From the human T2T-CHM13v2.0 reference genome, Homo sapiens, in NCBI RefSeq assembly GCF_009914755.1, contig NC_060944.1: a DNA stretch of 64,000 bases; one strand, written 5' to 3'. The position numbers and the translations under genes are program-made. The notes under the pieces were generated by a model. The model made no database searches. It had not been told where the DNA came from and worked only from the letters and a program-made list of their open reading frames with translations. Shown here piece by piece: positions 1 to 20,877 of this stretch; position 1 is the stretch's first letter; the number at the start of each line of letters is the position of its first letter.

Positions 1-574
1 TCAAATATGACTGTACATCTCCCTAACCAGCAACTCAAATCCTCTCTGTCTGATAGTAGCCGAGGTACTGATCCTCCAAAATTAAGTTTCTCCTGGTGCT
101 CCCCTCCCAACCCCACCACCTCCTGGCTGGGGCTGGCTGCCCCTAGGAGGATCCCGAGGACTGCCTGGCTGCTCTGTACTCTTTTCAGAAGATTTTCTCC
201 TTTCCTGAAACAGCAGCAGTTGCTGAGAGCTAGATGCCTGGTTAATCTCCTTATCAATCAGATATTTTCCTTATCTGCTGCTTGTAAGTGTTTCCTGTTC
301 CATAAAAATAATCTGATAACAAATATGGAACATTTTAAAAAGGGAAAGCAAATCATTTCTGAGATATGATTTTTCTCCCCTACATGTATAATGTGTGTTA
401 CCAGTTTGATAACTAGGGAAACAGGTTGCAACCTGTGTTATCATGGAATATTTGCAGGTTATTAAGGGATACTGCAGAAGAGAAAATGTTCTTATTTCCC
501 TGCTTCCATAGGCTGGCTAACAAGAAAGTAGAAAAGGCCCTGTCTATTTGCTTCTGGAATACCTTCAATGATAC

Positions 575-799
575 CAGGAACCGGCAAACTTTTCCTATAA
601 AGGCTTCTATAAGGATAGTAAATACTTGAGGCTTTGCAGGCCATAAGGCCTCTATCGCAAATACTCAATTTGGCCACTGTAGGGCAAAAGCACACACAGA
701 CAGTACATAAATGAATGACTGTAGCTGTGTGCCAATAAAACTCTATAAACACAGGCTTCAGGCAGCATCTAGCCCACAGGCTGTAGTTGCAGACACCTG
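575..799 (+). mobile_element. MER58A-like hAT MITE
   Basis: cagg..cggcaaactttt..taaagg..atagtaaata..ggctttgcaggccata..ccaataaaact..gctgtagttgc..cctg matches MER58 architecture. Confidence 0.8.
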
Positions 800-1240
800 G
801 TCTACATAAACCAGAGTATGGGTGCTCTGGCTGTGTGTAAACACAAGGTCCATGTGTGGACGATGAGGACCATAGACTCCAGTTCCTACAGAGGCCACAC
901 AGGGACCATACCTGAGTGAAAAAAACCATAGCTTCAGCTATCATTCTCCTACATCTGGTAAAAGCATGAATACTGTGAAGTATGTAAGAAAGAACCACCT
1001 AGCCCTGGAGTGTGAGGATGCACTGGCATTCAACCTCGCAGTGGGGGAGACAGCAGGGCTGGGCAGAGCTCAGACCCATCTTACAGAGGCAGCCCCCACT
1101 CAGCTCCAGTGATCCAAGGAGTTGGGCAGACACAAACTCCTAGTGTTGCCTGACCTTGGGGAGAAACTGGCAATCCCTGCACTCCCCTGAACTATCTCAA
1201 CTGTTAATACACTGTCTCAGCCCAACAAAAGACTTCTGTG

Positions 1241-1870
<630 letters not shown>

Positions 1871-2385
1871 CTTCAAGTGTCCCAGTTTTTAGGGCAACAT
1901 GTGGGCCCAAGAAAATAAGTACTAGCCACTCATTCATGATATGCAGACACCCTGTCCTCAGAGAAGGTGAAGAGGGGCCCCATCATTTCTTTGCTATATT
2001 TGATCAAAGATGCACCTAAGGCCATTCTGTACAAATCTGCTGGCACGTTATTTCTCAATCCTTTAATGCAAGGGAAAAAAACCAAAACACCTCCCAACAG
2101 GATGTTTGAACTCAAATGTGTCAGAACTAAAGAGCAGAGTGGTATTTATCTGTAAAGACCCTGACGTCATTTGGGGCAAGGCATTTCTTGCCCCATATAC
2201 TACAGGACATCCATTTAGCAACCTGACCCTCCTCCACAAAACGCCGAGAGCATCTTCCCAGGCATTCTCAAACCTTCCTAAGGGGTGAAAACACTGGACC
2301 AAAGGTCTTTTAAAAATGCATGGTAAACCTTAGGATGCTTTTAAACCCTGAAAATAAAATGTGTTTTAAAGCTCTTTAAACTTTT

Positions 2386-4803
<2,418 letters not shown>

Positions 4804-5545
4804 ACATGAGCATTTTTACAGGAATTGTTTATTTCATATAAAGATTGTATGATTATTCTACTTAGCAGAGAAACTGACTTTATGTTTCATTTTTAATATC
4901 ACTATTTATGGCATTTAGCTCAATGTTCACAACCCTGTGAAATTTGTGGTAGTATCATTATCCCCATTTCAGTAGATGAGAAAACTAGGCACAAAAGAGG
5001 TTAACTTGCCCACAGCCACGGAGCAAAAGCAGGGCTGGCATTTCACTATGTAATTTTGAGAGTGAAAATAGATTCATGCTCAGAAACACACACCTCTCAC
5101 AGGCCTGGGTATTTAACCGTTGCTAGGTCTCCTTCCATGAAAGCAACAATCTCGTTTAATTCAACTTTCCATCCCCAGGGCCCACTCCTCTACTCAATAA
5201 TGCACAAAGTGGATGAATGCATCCCTAGGAATCACTGCTGAAGAACAAGTGGCATCAGAACCAACGGGACACTGTTTCCTTCAGTGCTATGAGATCCGAC
5301 CTCATAGTCCAGGGGGATAGATACAATCCACCAGTAAGTCCACTAAAGTGCCTCTCCATTTTTGTAATCTGAAGAGTATCTAGCCTGCCCCAGAGAATTC
5401 TAAAGCTAGAATGTCCCTTAGAAAAGATCCAAACGGTGAACGGATTTTTCCTATCTAGCTGACTGGTGCTAGCTGCCAAGGGAGGGTGGGCTCTGGAAAG
5501 AATCCTCTGTGCTTCCACGAAAAGGAACTGTGACCAATTACCTAA

Positions 5546-5887
<342 letters not shown>

Positions 5888-6336
5888 TCTAAACCCTTCA
5901 TTTTACAGATGAGAAAACTGAGGCCAGAAGGGAACTTGCCTCAAGCCAAGCAACCGCTTCCAGACAGAGCTGAGAACTAGTCCTGTGGGCATGGCCCAGG
6001 AGGGGAAAACTCCTCAGGCCACATGGGGAAAACAGTCCTAAAAGCATGAAAAAAAAAAAAATACAAATACAAGGAAACGCCCCAAACCCTAAAGAATTAT
6101 ATACCCTCATCTCATCTGGGTCCCTGCTCTGTCCCCGAAACAGATCTGAAAACCCACTGGAAATTTCTACACAGGCCCATTTTTAGCCATCTTTTTTTGT
6201 CCAAGGCAAATGACAGCCAGCGCAAGGCAGCTAACTAAATCCAAGAAAGCCGGCGCTTACAAGGATCCAGAGGTTCAGCGCTACTAGCTGGCCTCTGTCC
6301 CACCAGTGAGGACACCGTTCCCAGCGGCTGCTTTAC

Positions 6337-6485
6337 CTGCTCCTTATTGTTACTGTTCAGTAAGCCAGGTTTCTTTTTCTTTTTAATGGGGCTTGTTGAT
6401 GTGTCCTGCGGCGAGTGGCCATTGGAAGAATGTGGAGGGCTGGGGAACTTTCTTTTCTGGGCTGTTCTCTCTGCAGAGCCAGGAT
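6337..6485 (-). CDS. ZMYND8: ZMYND8 exon 3 (DPGSAERTAQKRKFPSPP...PIKKKKKPGLLNSNNKEQ), contains a basic NLS-like stretch
   Basis: Acceptor tatctctttcag|ATCCTG, donor GAGCAG|gtaaag; 149 nt; phase 1 in, phase 0 out; lies within ORF 6235..6609(-). Confidence 0.96.
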
Positions 6486-6796
6486 CTGAAAGAGATACAG
6501 GACCACAGGTTTTAAAGCAGTCAGGGAGGCCTGGGCCCCACAGGGAGGAGGTGTGGAGGAACCAAGTGTGGGAACAGAGTGCATTCTGTCCCCCAACTCC
6601 CGAAGCCACTTCAGTGTTCCTCCTCCCAGAATATACGTGCCCCCTTCTTCACTGTCTGCTTCAACAGTCAGACAAGTATTTCTTTGACCTATGTAACATT
6701 TTTGTAAAATCTTAACTTGTTGCCAAGATACAAAAATCAGGAAATTTCATGTAATAACCTAGATTTTTCACTTTTCTTAAAAAAACAGATTAGGAG

Positions 6797-7088
6797 GGCC
6801 AGGCACGGTGGCTCATGCCTGTAATCCCAGCACTTTGGGAGGCCAAAGTGGGCAGATCACAAGGTCAAGAGTTCAAGACCAGCCTGGCCAATACCGTCTC
6901 TACTAAGAGTACAAAAATTAGCCTGGTGTGGTGGCACATGCCTTTAATCCCAGCTACTCGGGAGGCTGAGGCAGGAGAACTGCTTGAACCCAGGAGGCGG
7001 AGATTTCAGTGAGCCGAGATTGTGTCACTGCACTCCAGCCTGGGGGACAGGGCAAGCCTCCGACGTGAAAAAAAAAAAAAAAAAAAAA
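6797..7088 (+). mobile_element. AluS
   Basis: Sense Alu with TSD aaaaaacagattagga. Confidence 0.9.
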
Positions 7089-7609
7089 CAGATTAGGACC
7101 TGCAGGCCCCTATAGCACCAGATACAGCTGAGTAACAGCTACCCCACTTTTAGATGGAAACATGTGCAATCGCCACTCTTCCCCACTACGTCCCTGCTGA
7201 TGAGACCGAGGCCAACCTGCCAACAGTCATCACACAGGGACCAGTATTGTTCTTACCCCAAAGAAATACGACTTGTCCATGCCCATGCCTGATTGCAAAA
7301 GCAGGAAACCAAAGAAGATAGACCAGGAAGGCCATACTTCAAGGAAATGAAGGCATACATTCTCCTTTGTGGAAAACAACATCATTTATTCGTGTTTAAT
7401 AGGCTATGAACTGTAATTGTGTGGAAAGAACACACCCCACCCACCGGGAAGTTCCCGTGCTCCCACCGCCTCTGGGCCTCGTGTTTGAGACCCTCCTCCA
7501 AAAAGATCAATACAAATTACATCCTTGTGGATTCTCACCAGCCCCACTCTTGTTCATGCACCCCTTCTTTTCATCTTTCAGCATCTCATTTAAACACATG
7601 TACACTTCA

Positions 7610-8170
<561 letters not shown>

Positions 8171-8864
8171 CATAAACACAGGTACACTTCCACTACCATC
8201 CATTCAATCTTCACCTCCAAGGACTTGAATCCACTCCATGCCCAATGGTGGTCTTCTTAACTTAGGGACGATGTAATGACACAGCCTGGTGTACCTGACA
8301 TCCTGAGGAACGAAAGCTACAAATACCACAAGAGGGGTGAGCTGTGCCAAGACCATAGGGGGGATGGGGTGGGATGGGATGTGAAATCTGCGAAGATGTC
8401 AATTACCAAAGATGCTCCTGCCCCAGTTTTACCACTCAGCATGTAGGCTGCATGGTGCATCTGTCTCCCTGTCTGTAGGAGGGTCACTGACAGCAGATTA
8501 ACAGCATCCAACGTGGTCCACGCAAGGCCTCCTAGTGGTTGACTTTCATGAAAAGGCAAAGTATCTTCCAGCAGATTCACAAAGGAAGACAATGAACACT
8601 TTCCCAAAACCCAATCTACAGGATGGAACTCTCCAGCCTCACCATGCAAGCTTCTGGACAATCCTGAACAAATATTCAGGGGGCTGCGTGGAGACCCAGT
8701 CATGAGTGGAAATTAAATGCTAACAACAGGTACCTTGAGGGTGAACAGACCTGAGAGTCCAGAGATCAAACCACAGACATCAAAAGGGCGGCCCAGAGAG
8801 CCCAAAGCGCTGGACCAAAGGCACACAGCAGCTAGTTAGTGGGAAAACTCACGAAAGAGACAAA

Positions 8865-10800
<1,936 letters not shown>

Positions 10801-10923
10801 AGAATGCAAATTATCAGGCCCCACCCCAGATCTACAGAATCAGAAACTCTGGGGTAGGGCCCAGCAATCTGTTTTAATAAGTCCTCCCGAAGACTGGGAG
10901 GTACACTAGTTTGAGGAACGCTA
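10801..10923 (+). mobile_element. MER5A-like hAT MITE fragment
   Basis: aatgcaaatt..ggccccaccccagatcta..gaatcagaaactctgggg..ggcccagcaatctgttttaa..agtttgag. Confidence 0.75.
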
Positions 10924-12331
10924 GGGTATGTGTATGTGTTTAGGAGATGGGGTCTGAGTTCTCAACTCTACACAATCCTGTTCCACACTGGCGAGCCAGA
11001 GCCAATGGCCTCTACTTCCAGACATTATTTGAGGGGTTGGTTCAGGACTCAGGATAGAAGCTAAGCAAGGGAGTCAGGCTGGAGAATGAGGCTAAACAGG
11101 AAACAACCCCAGGCAAGTCTCCACCTCTCAGGGCCTCAGGGCCTCACCTGCAAAATGGGAAGAGCCGGGAGAAAGGGACTAGACTAGAAGTTCTTGTTTA
11201 AAGACCAGACAGTGCTCCAGGGACCCTTGAACAGGCCATCACTGTATACAGGAGTGCAATTTCTAGGGACATGGAGTCATAGCTTCCTTCACCTTTGCAA
11301 AGGTGTCCTCAGCTCCAATGATTAAAAACTTCAGGGCCCCCAGAGGATGTTAAAAGTCCCTCTTCAACATTACTTAATTTAATGAGAAAGTGGGAAAAAA
11401 AATCACTAGACAGTAATATACTTGTAAGCGATTTAGAGTTGGCAAGGGACTATCACCCAAGCCCACCAGGAAACAAAGGGGGAAACTGAGGTTCTGCTCA
11501 GCAAGAGGTAGGGGGAGGTGGGTCCTAGCCCAAGCATGCCCACACCTGAGAGTATTCCAAACCTTCTAGTTTCAGCAAAACATAAAAACCCCAATTCTGT
11601 TTGCTGTTACAAACACCAATTCCCCCTGGAGTTGATGAGAGTTCAGTGACTGTATCCAAGGGGTCGAAATTTGATAGGTTCCAAACAACAGACACATCAG
11701 TCAACAGCAGGAGATTTCAATGAAGGGTTGTAGGGAGAAGAATTAGGAAATGCCTGCTGGATTCGGTATCCTTCGGAGGGATGAGACAGCAGGGGGGCAT
11801 TATTACTTAAATGCCCCCCACTCCAGTGGGGGCTGGGCCTCTGGTGATGATGGACTGGTGGGTGTACACCTGACTGTAGCCGTGGTACCCAGGCTCCATA
11901 AGGACCCTTTCCAGAAAGCTGAGTCAATTTTTTCTTCTTTAATGATTTAATTCTGACAAGGATGTATTGCCCAGTGCATTTCATCTATAAACTTTGAACA
12001 ATGACAAACAGCCACTGTCGACTGAACCACTGGTTCACCCTGGATCTGAAAGACTTTTCTGCTGCCTTTTCTGAGGGAGTAGGACCTGTGACCCCGCCCG
12101 GCTGGCTCACTCACAACCCTCTGCCTCTCACCCATCCCCCAAAAATGAGTGGTTCTGAATGAGTTAACGTGGGTGAGGGAGGAATGCAGCCTTATGGAGA
12201 GGACAGAGCAGTGACTCAGGAAAACAGCTTGGCATGGAGCGGAAAGCAGCAGAATTTTCCTCTCCTTGTGACATTTTGCTGAAATTGTAACAATATGGGA
12301 AGGTCTACTGGGTATTAAGAACCAGGCATGA

Positions 12332-13140
<809 letters not shown>

Positions 13141-13201
13141 TCAAAATGCATTTCCTGTAGTCCCCACTAAGTCACCTGCCTGAGATCACAAAGCTACCAA
13201 G

Positions 13202-13293
13202 GAGCAGTGCTGGGATTTGAACCCAGGCAGTGAGGCTCCGAGGGCCAGAGCAGTACTGGGATTTCAACCCAGGCAGTGGGACTCCGAGGGCCA
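13202..13293 (+). repeat. 46-bp tandem duplication within a MIR
   Basis: gagcagtgctgggatttgaacccaggcagtgaggctccgagggcca followed by gagcagtactgggatttcaacccaggcagtgggactccgagggcca. Confidence 0.85.
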
Positions 13294-14089
13294 GCTTCTA
13301 ATCTCTGTACCACATGGCCTTGTACCAGGAGGGCCTCATCCTCAGCCCTGTAGCAAGAGGACTCCCTAATTTAGGGTCTATGATTTAAGAGCACACTCTC
13401 ATTTTGCCTTTTTTCCCCTAAACTGCAGATGGAAGTATAGGGACAGAGAAGGTCCAACAAACAGTTTCAGGAACTGGGAAAAGGTGGAAAGTCGTGTCAT
13501 TCACTGATGACACCGTTCTCTCAAAGGCAGTCCCCAGAAAGCACATTCACCTCCCAATTTCCAAACAGTGGCATCAGTCCCTGAAATAGGCTGGGGGCTC
13601 CAGGGCCAACTCACCTCCCCTTTTCCAGCCTCCATCAAGGCTAGGCCTCCCCAGCAGGCCACATCAGGTACCCGCCCTCCACCCCACTCCTGCCCCCACA
13701 TCCGGTGCCTGAGTCACAGCACATGCCGTTCTCCAGGGGCTAGGAAATGACACACCATTACAGGGAATTGTCTCCTCCCTCAAGGGAAAGGGCCGCAGCT
13801 GAAAGGCCGGGAGCTTCTTGTGTTTTTGTGGGTGTTTAATTTCCTTAATGATGTCGACAGCAAGCCTGCTGGGGCCTGAACGAAAAGAGAAGCTTGGTCC
13901 ACAGGCTGAGACAGGCATGACAGGCCACAGGAGTAGGGCAACCAACCATGTGCTTAGCTGGGTCCCGGGCAAACCAGGACACATAGGTCAAGGCATATGC
14001 TCTCATGGGCCAGGTTGCAAACGACAGAGAGGCAGGATGCCACAGTGGTGGGGAATCAGCTTTCTGGCGTCAAAATGCATGCAGAACCT

Positions 14090-14270
14090 GGCTGTGCTCT
14101 CCCCTGCAGTGTGACCGTAAAAAGGCAACTTAACCTCTCTGTGCCTCAGAGAGTTTACCACTTTACAAGTGGTACCTTGTAAAGTTATCGAAGAAGTCAA
14201 TGAGTTAATTCACGTAAAGCTCTTAGTATAATACCTGGCAAATAGTAAGCACCTATTCAATGGTAACTAA
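14090..14270 (+). mobile_element. MIR
   Basis: gtgtgacc..ggcaacttaacctctctgtgcctcag..aatgagttaat..cacgtaaagctcttag..cctggca. Confidence 0.7.
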
Positions 14271-14901
14271 TGGGTAACTGTATTTTTTTTAACCAATCAC
14301 TCTTCCTCCTTTTCTTGCTTCTCTTCCACCTCCTCCCCGACTACCGCCCCCCACTCCAAAAACACAGCTTGCTTTCTGGAAGGAGCATGTTAAATCAATT
14401 CCACAAGTTCAAAGCTATGGAAAACACCGGCCTGTGTAGACTGGAGACCAGAATCAGCCCAGGACAGGATTTCTGCATTTCAATCAGACTGAAAATGCCA
14501 GGTTTCCCCCAGTAACTGTGAAGGCAGGGTCAGAAGCAGAGGCCTGCTCTACAGCCCTTTTCGTAATCACCAGTCCTCCCCTTGGCCTACTTCAAACATG
14601 ACCACACACTGCTGCTCCCCCAGAAGCAGCAAAGCAGAGCATGGTTAATCACTTCAAAGCGTTTCCCAAAGACACAGAGCAGGTACCCAAACAGGCCTCC
14701 CTTCCCCAGGAATATTTGGGGCCCTCCCCAACCAGTAATTACATCATAAAGAGACAAAAGTCCGGAATTTCCTCCTGGCAGAGCATAGAAGTAAGAAATC
14801 AGGAGCAAAGGTTGGGGGTGGGGAGGAAGCAAAATTGTCCTCGCAGCAGAGAATGCCTAAGCCAGGAGGAACTTGTAAATGAAAACCGCTCGCATTAGCA
14901 A

Positions 14902-15474
14902 ATGATTATTTCCTCCAACGCTGACCGTCTCTTAGACCCACAGAAACTCGAGGACCGGTCTGCACCCTGGCTGACTTGGGCCTGCCAGAGCTGCCGGGCT
15001 GAGCCCTCTCCTCCAGAGGACTGCACTGGCCTGAACTGTGCTTATAAAGAATCTCTGCAAATCAACAGGAACTTCTCATCCAGAGCCGGGATAGGGAGGG
15101 CTGGAATGGAAATGAGGCTGTGGAATGAAAGGTCACTCTCAACTTGGGGAAAATGGCATTTCACCAGGAACATCAAGTACCTCGGAGGCAGAACATGCGA
15201 GGGGCAGGGAACGCCAAGAGGAGGCACTTACCTGCCATTGAGAAAGTGCGGCTGCTCAGAGGGCCTAGCCTCTCTTGTTCAAAAGAGAACAGAGGCTCAC
15301 CCACAGCAGACATTCCTGCTTCCGGATCCTCAGCGGCCTCTCCCAGGGGGAGGAGGAAGAAGCAAAGAGAACAGGCTAAGAGTCACCACTTACCAGGCCA
15401 GCCCCGGTCTTGTACGCATTAGGTCGCCCGGCGGGGCAAGGACACTGTCACCTCTTTGCAATCAGGCAGTCTGA
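14902..15474 (+). other. 190-codon non-repeat ORF antisense to ZMYND8 (probable antisense lncRNA / dubious ORF)
   Basis: Longest ORF in the window, ATG start, not Alu-derived, no recognisable domain; overlaps the candidate internal promoter. Confidence 0.3.
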
Positions 15475-15650
15475 AACCCAGCGACTTGCCTTCATGTCCC
15501 CGGGCTTTCGCCTATAATTTATCACCCTCAACAGCAGCTCGGCTGAGCTGAAAGTCTCCGGTGCAGTGCACCGAAGAGCCATTGATTTCGTGGGATTGTG
15601 AATAAATACGAGGAACTGCAGTTGTTCTGCTGGCCGAGGTGACAATATCA
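15232..15650 (-). promoter_or_regulatory. Candidate internal promoter / alternative first-exon cluster in ZMYND8 intron 2
   Basis: CpG-enriched, Alu-free; minus-strand donors CAG|gtaagt (gt at 15231-15230), TGG|gtgagc (15300-15299), CTG|gtaagt (~15393-15392); two carry an ATG in phase with exon 3. Confidence 0.55.
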
Positions 15651-17594
15651 GAAGGGAGCCTGGGGGGAGGGAAACAGCTGTGGTTTGCATTTTGAAGTTG
15701 TTTTTAACATTTTTAGTAATTGTTTCAGATTCTCCAGTTCTGATGCCCCTCTCCTAGAAATGAGAAAACCCATCTTTTATACTTGAGGTATAATCCTTTC
15801 CCACTAGACACAGCCTCCTCCACCCTTCTCTCAATAATGCAGAAGTGGTGATTAAAGGGCACATTCATATGTAAAAGGCGAACTTCCAAACTCGCCTGGC
15901 AGGACAGAAATTGCTTCAATCTACAGAAAAGAGGCTGATTTACAATTGAATTCAGTGTTTAGCCCTCAACAACTAGAGGCAATAGCAACCGCGGCCCTTT
16001 CTCCTCCCCAGCTGGGATGAGGCCCTCTGGAAAAACGACAACATCGCAACAGGAATTTCCTGGATCAAGAATGCCAAGTTCTTTCCAATTTTACTGAGGC
16101 AGGATCCGACTCCCTGTGAGAACGCACTGCCCACCACCCACCCACCCCCTCAGCAGGCCCAGGCCCCAAAGGCTCCCTCCAACATGTGTACATGAGGCCC
16201 TTCAAACTCGACCGGAACACCACAAAGAATGTGGAGAAACCGGTTGCCTCTGGCCTTTACATTGTGGCTGGCTGAGGAGCTGGTTCTGGTGGCTGACACC
16301 CGTTGGCACTATTTATCCAGCCCCTGCCTGGCTTGGGTTCTGGAAATCTCCGGTGGTAGTGGCTTCCAAACTGCAATGGGGAATCGCGGCGTCAGAGGGC
16401 AATTCAGAAACAAAAAGACAGTTCTGTGCTGGCAGCATTTGAAGCACAGAAGTGGGTTGGGAGAAGCAAAGGGAAATTAGCTTCAGAAAGGGGGCAGATG
16501 AAGGAAGAGGCGCCACTGCTAACCAACCAAGGTCCCCATCTGCCCTGGATGGTATCTCTAAAAGCCACCTAAAGAAGGCAAAATTCTCTACTGAAACGCC
16601 AGGTACGAAGGGACAGGCCCTCCACAGTCACCTTGTCACATTCCTTTGGGGAGCGAAGAGTTCAGACCCAACATGTCACCCAAATTACCCTGGCCAGCCA
16701 CCACGTAAAGATGCTGCGGCTGTGCATGGTGGCTCACGCCTGTAATCCCAACACGTTGGGAGGCCAAGGCGGGCGGATCACCTGAGGTCAGGAGTTCGAG
16801 ACCAGCCTGGCCAACATGGCGAAATCCTGTCTCTATTAAAAATACAAAAATTAGCCGGGTGTGGTGGCACACACCTGTGGTACCAGCTACTCCTACTGGG
16901 GAAGCTGAGGCAGGAGAATCGCTTGACCCCAGGAGGCTGGAGTGCAGTGAGTCGAGATCACGCCATTGCACTCCAGCCGGGGTGACAGAGCAAGATGCCA
17001 TCTCAAAAATAAATAAATAAAGATGCTTAACATCACTCAGATAGTAGTGGGGTGATTCTAAGAACATGTCCTATTGTCTACAGGGCTCATGGGTGCACAG
17101 AAGGATAGACGGGGTAGCCACTGCAACAGGGCTTTGTAGAAAAGTCAGACAGGAACCAACATTGATGCCCATATGTGAAACATCATGATGCAGCCATAAA
17201 ATGGAATAAAGATGGAATCCCGTCTGCATAGACGGGCATGGTCCAAAATCCAAGTGAAAGGAGACCAGAAATAGAACCAGGGTAAAAGTTTGTTCTCTGA
17301 GGCTTCTGGGTTTGCAGAGACATGGAGGAACACCCAGGAAACCCAGTAAACGCTGGACTCCTCTGAATTATTTCTGATCATGTTTACATATTTAACGAAG
17401 GTATTTATTAATGGCTTTGGGGAAACTGGGTGATAATGACAATATTTATGGAACACTCACTGCATCCTGGGCACTGCCCAGCCAGGGATCACGTCTGTAT
17501 CCCTTGTACCCGGCATACAGCAGGAGCTCAGTACACGCCCCCATCATCAAACAAACACTTTTACGGGGCTCAGGTGTTTAGAAGAGTGGAAAGC

Positions 17595-17794
17595 AGTATC
17601 AGCACACCCAGGGGACATCTGGCAATGTCTGGGGACATTTTTGGTTGTCACAACTGGGCAGGAAAAGGAGTTGCGACAGGCATCTACTGGGTAGAGGTGA
17701 GGGATGTTGCTAAACATTCTACAATGCACAGGACAGCCCTAAGACAAAGAATGATCAGGCCCAAAGTCCACAGTGCCAAGGCTGAGAAATCCTG
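17595..17794 (+). mobile_element. MER20 hAT MITE
   Basis: caggggacat.tggcaatgtctgg.gacatttttggttgtcacaactggg..tgggtagagg..gggatg.tgctaaacat..tacaatgcacaggacagccc..aaggctgagaaatcctg. Confidence 0.85.
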
Positions 17795-18073
17795 GTAGAA
17801 AGAAACTTCAGTGAGCTACCAGGCAGGTCTCACCATGTGTAAACACACCACCCACAGAGGTGCATGTATTCATTAAGAAGGAAAATGATTCCTGATGTTT
17901 CACCTGGTGGCCCTGACTTCAGACTTCAAAGAAAATAATGGGACCAGTCAGTCAACAAATAGTCACTAGGCAACAACTAGATATCTGGGCTATCAGGAAA
18001 ACTGTCCCAGGAAGGCCTCTGCCCTGATGGAAGGACAGCTAGAAACACAGTTGTAACAGCTACCTTTTATTGA

Positions 18074-18493
<420 letters not shown>

Positions 18494-18671
18494 TAAAGCG
18501 GCTATTAAGTACAGAATGATTGAGAAACTGATTACAGATGGACAAACCACTGAACAGGAAAAATATCAGGAGTTTGTGAACACACCTAGCAGGTGTGAGG
18601 ATAGACAGGGAAATATTCCTCTATTTCCTTTGCAGAAGGGTTTCATGTGGTTCACAGCTATTGTTTACTGA

Positions 18672-18926
<255 letters not shown>

Positions 18927-19494
18927 TGATCCACCTGCCTCGGCCTCCCAAAGTGCTGGGATTACAGGCGTGAGCCACCACACCCAGCCAGGATGGTATT
19001 TCTGTACCCATTTTATAGGTGAGGCTCAGAGAGGCAAAGTCATTTATATGCTTCAAGACAAGCAGATCGACACAGCACGCCCCACCTCCATCACGGTTGA
19101 GTTCCACTCTAAAGCCCTTCACTGTACAGGTCAACTGTCTCTCCTAGGCTTGTGAGTGCCACCTGGTAATTCTCCATCACAAAGGGCATGCTTGGCATTG
19201 GCCAACGTCAACACAGCATTGTCGTTCAGTGTGTGGGCTCTGGAGCCAGACTACTAGGTCTGAATCCAGGTGCTGGCACCTGCCAGCTGTGTGACCTTGG
19301 GCAAGTTTCTTAGCCTCTCTGTGACTCAGTCATTCAGTTGGAACTATTAGGCTCTTCCCAAAAGGGTTGTGAGGATTAAATAAGATAATGCATACAAAGT
19401 GAATGAAAGGCATCTGGCACATCAAAGCACCATACTTTATTACCATTATTCTCCTGGGGGGAAGAGGGGGCCAGGGCACAGAAAAAGGCAATAA

Positions 19495-19686
<192 letters not shown>

Positions 19687-20262
19687 TAATTTTTTATTTT
19701 TCGTAGCGATGGGATCTCCTAGTCTCAAACTTCTGGGGTCAAGTGATCCTCCCACCTCAGCCTCTCAAAGTACTAGGACTACAGGCATGAGCTGTTGCAC
19801 CTGGCCCCCAAATCTTTCTGTACCTTCACCAGACTACCTCTTCCAAGCCTGTTTTTAAAAAGGGTTCACTGATGAGAAACACAAATATTCACAATAAACC
19901 CCCTCAGGCTGTCAGGAGCTCAAGGAAGCCAGGCTCAAAATCCCTCCAGGGCTCAGAACTTCCTTGAAAATCAAAGCAGAATTCTCCAGATGGCCCACAA
20001 TCCCAGCCCCACCCCACCTCCACTGACCTTCCCCCAGGACTCCTCCAACTGCACTCCCCTCTCCACTCAAATGAGGCTCATCAAGCTAGGGAGAGAGCTG
20101 GTCCTGGCTCACATGGCTGTGTGTCCCAACAGGTTACTTCACCTCTCTGAGCCTCAGAGTCCTAGTCATCTGCCAAGTGTTATTAAGAATGCCAAACCTG
20201 GCCGGGCGTGGTGGCTCACGCCTGTAATCCCAGCACTTTGGGAGGCCGAGGCTGATGGATCA

Positions 20263-20514
<252 letters not shown>

Positions 20515-20517
20515 TTA

Positions 20518-20877
<360 letters not shown>

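Noticed and set aside
6261-6336. Alternative downstream donor CTT|gtaagc extending exon 3 by 76 nt
   Set aside because: Weak exonic context, out of frame, and no evidence of use.
6235-6609. 124-aa ORF as a stand-alone gene
   Set aside because: Only 6337-6485 is exonic; the flanks are intron read-through beyond clear splice sites.
15393-15419. ATG CGT ACA...TG|gtaagt mini-exon as an in-frame start
   Set aside because: The ATG is phase 2 relative to this donor, so it is out of frame with exon 3; retained only as a possible non-coding donor.
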